From positions 1 through 52,641 of the forward strand of contig NZ_LSUQ01000016.1 in NCBI RefSeq assembly GCF_001642725.1: a stretch of 52,641 bases of DNA. Direction: 5' to 3'. The translations under genes and the position numbers were made by a program. Shown here piece after piece: positions 51,216 through 52,641 of this stretch. Position 1 is the first letter of the stretch; every line of letters starts with the position of its first letter. Source of the stretch: Ferroacidibacillus organovorans. GTDB taxonomy: Bacteria; Bacillota; Bacilli; Alicyclobacillales; SLC66. The notes below the pieces were generated by a model. That model saw nothing but the letters and a program-made list of their open reading frames with translations, was not told where the DNA came from and did no database searches.

Positions 51216-52448
51216 AACGCGCTCAATAAAGCGCGAAAAGTCACCAACGTCTGATGCCTGGGGAACATCAAACGGCGCGTCATCTGTGTACTTTAGTCCA
51301 GATCCCGTGTTCACGACCAGTACGCGGTCCTTTTCTTTAAGCCAGCCTGACGCGCGCAATACATCCACGCCCGCGAACGCAGCCGCCCCTTCCGGGCAGA
51401 CAAAAAAACCGTCATCCTGCGCGAGTTGACGGCGCGTATCTGCGATTTGTCGCTCACTCACGCGAATCGCCGTCCCACCTGTCTCACGCAATGTTTTTAG
51501 GATCATAAAATCGCCAAGCGCTTTTGGAACGCGCATGCCAAACGCACTCGTAAACGGATGATTGACCGGTACAGACACATCTTCTCCCTGCTCAAACGCG
51601 CGCACGAGCGGCGCGCAGCCTTCCGCTTGAACGATCACCATTTTAGGAAGCGGCCCCTGAATTCTCCCCATCGCCTGAAGTTGCGCAAGTGCGCGATGAA
51701 TCCCGATGACCCCTGCTCCACCACCTGTCGGATACACGATCACATCAGGCAATCCACCTGCAAACTGCTCCGCAATCTCCAGTCCCATCGTCTTTTTTCC
51801 CTCCAATCGATACGGCTCACGCAACGTTGAGACATCGTACACTCCGGTCGCTTTGCATAGCGCCTGTGTCAATCTTCCGGCGTCGCCGATCGTGCCATCA
51901 ACCACATACACATCTGCGCCATACGCGATCATCTCTTTGCGCGGCGTTCGCGGGGCGTCACTCGGTAGGACAATAAGAGCCGGGATCTGCGCGCGTGCAG
52001 CGTATGCCGCCCAAGCGGATCCGGCGTTGCCGTTCGTCGGCATGGCAAATGCGCGTACGCCGAGTTCCCTTGCGCGCGACAAACCGACAGATGCTCCGCG
52101 CGCCTTGAATGAACCTGTAGGAAGAATTCCCTCATCCTTAACATAAAGATGTCTCAAGCCTATTTTTTTTGCGTAACCAAGAAGTGGCCACACCCCGGTC
52201 ATCGGCTCATAGAGCGATACGCGGTTTTCCTCGCTTTGAAGCGGGAGCAATTCGTGATAGCGCCAGAGTGTTTTTTCGCGTTCGACGAGCGGATGTTTCT
52301 CCCAGGACGCGCGCACGCGCTCAAGATCGTATTCACAGAGATACGGCGCGTCACAGTCGGGGCACGTTTGCTGAATCACGCCCGACGCCGCCTTTTTTTG
52401 GCAACGCGAGCACACCAGATTTAAAAGAGCGCTGTAGGACATGCGCAC
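51201..52448 (-). CDS. thrC: Threonine synthase-like PLP enzyme
   Basis: CxxC...CxxC N-terminus, [28 protein letters not shown]. Confidence 0.8.
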   Translation of the reverse strand: MRMSYSALLNLVCSRCQKKAASGVIQQTCPDCDAPYLCEYDLERVRASWEKHPLVEREKTLWRYHELLPLQSEENRVSLYEPMTGVWPLLGYAKKIGLRHLYVKDEGILPTGSFKARGASVGLSRARELGVRAFAMPTNGNAGSAWAAYAARAQIPALIVLPSDAPRTPRKEMIAYGADVYVVDGTIGDAGRLTQALCKATGVYDVSTLREPYRLEGKKTMGLEIAEQFAGGLPDVIVYPTGGGAGVIGIHRALAQLQAMGRIQGPLPKMVIVQAEGCAPLVRAFEQGEDVSVPVNHPFTSAFGMRVPKALGDFMILKTLRETGGTAIRVSERQIADTRRQLAQDDGFFVCPEGAAAFAGVDVLRASGWLKEKDRVLVVNTGSGLKYTDDAPFDVPQASDVGDFSRFIERVSMRD

Positions 52449-52497
52449 ACCTCCACATACAGTCCTTCACACTGTATGTCGAGGAAGCGAGGAGGGT

Positions 52498-52641
52498 ATG
52501 GGCATGCTGCGAACGATTTGTAAAGGAAAGATTCACCGCGCCGTCGTCACGGAGGCGCAGCTCGACTACGTGGGAAGCATTACTCTCGACCGACTCCTCA
52601 TGAAAGAGGCGGACATCCTGCCCTATGAGATGGTTCAGATC
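52498..52641 (+). CDS. panD: Aspartate 1-decarboxylase (runs off the window end)
   Basis: Not in the ORF track; [41 protein letters not shown] with the Gly-Ser cleavage site. Confidence 0.92.
   Translation, partial: MGMLRTICKGKIHRAVVTEAQLDYVGSITLDRLLMKEADILPYEMVQI

Overview
A mostly core-genome stretch from a moderately GC-rich, spore-forming Bacillota (Bacillales). Gene content and style suggest an Alicyclobacillaceae-like organism, which is an inference. The housekeeping blocks are yunB-tyrS / class A PBP, zapA-cvpA / mutS2, T-box-pheST, T-box-thrS with L20 leader-infC(ATT start)-rpmI-rplT, pdhABCD-malic enzyme, five tRNAs, speD, htpX, an M23 peptidase, pstB, a SASP, citZ, lgt, rnz, a thrC-like gene and panD. 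The most interesting part is an AT-richer accessory islet at about 15.2-19.7 kb. It encodes an HTH-TPR (RRNPP-type) receptor followed directly by an unannotated 45-aa secreted propeptide (16115-16252), a candidate new peptide quorum-sensing pair, next to two orphan lipoproteins and an esterase. Other oddities are an aldo-keto reductase/kynureninase in-frame fusion explained by a CG-repeat slip, a ThyX-like protein lacking its catalytic motif, a Zur-boxed transporter, a decayed tRNA, a structured speD leader and a Gln/Ser/Gly-rich repeat protein behind a forespore-type promoter.
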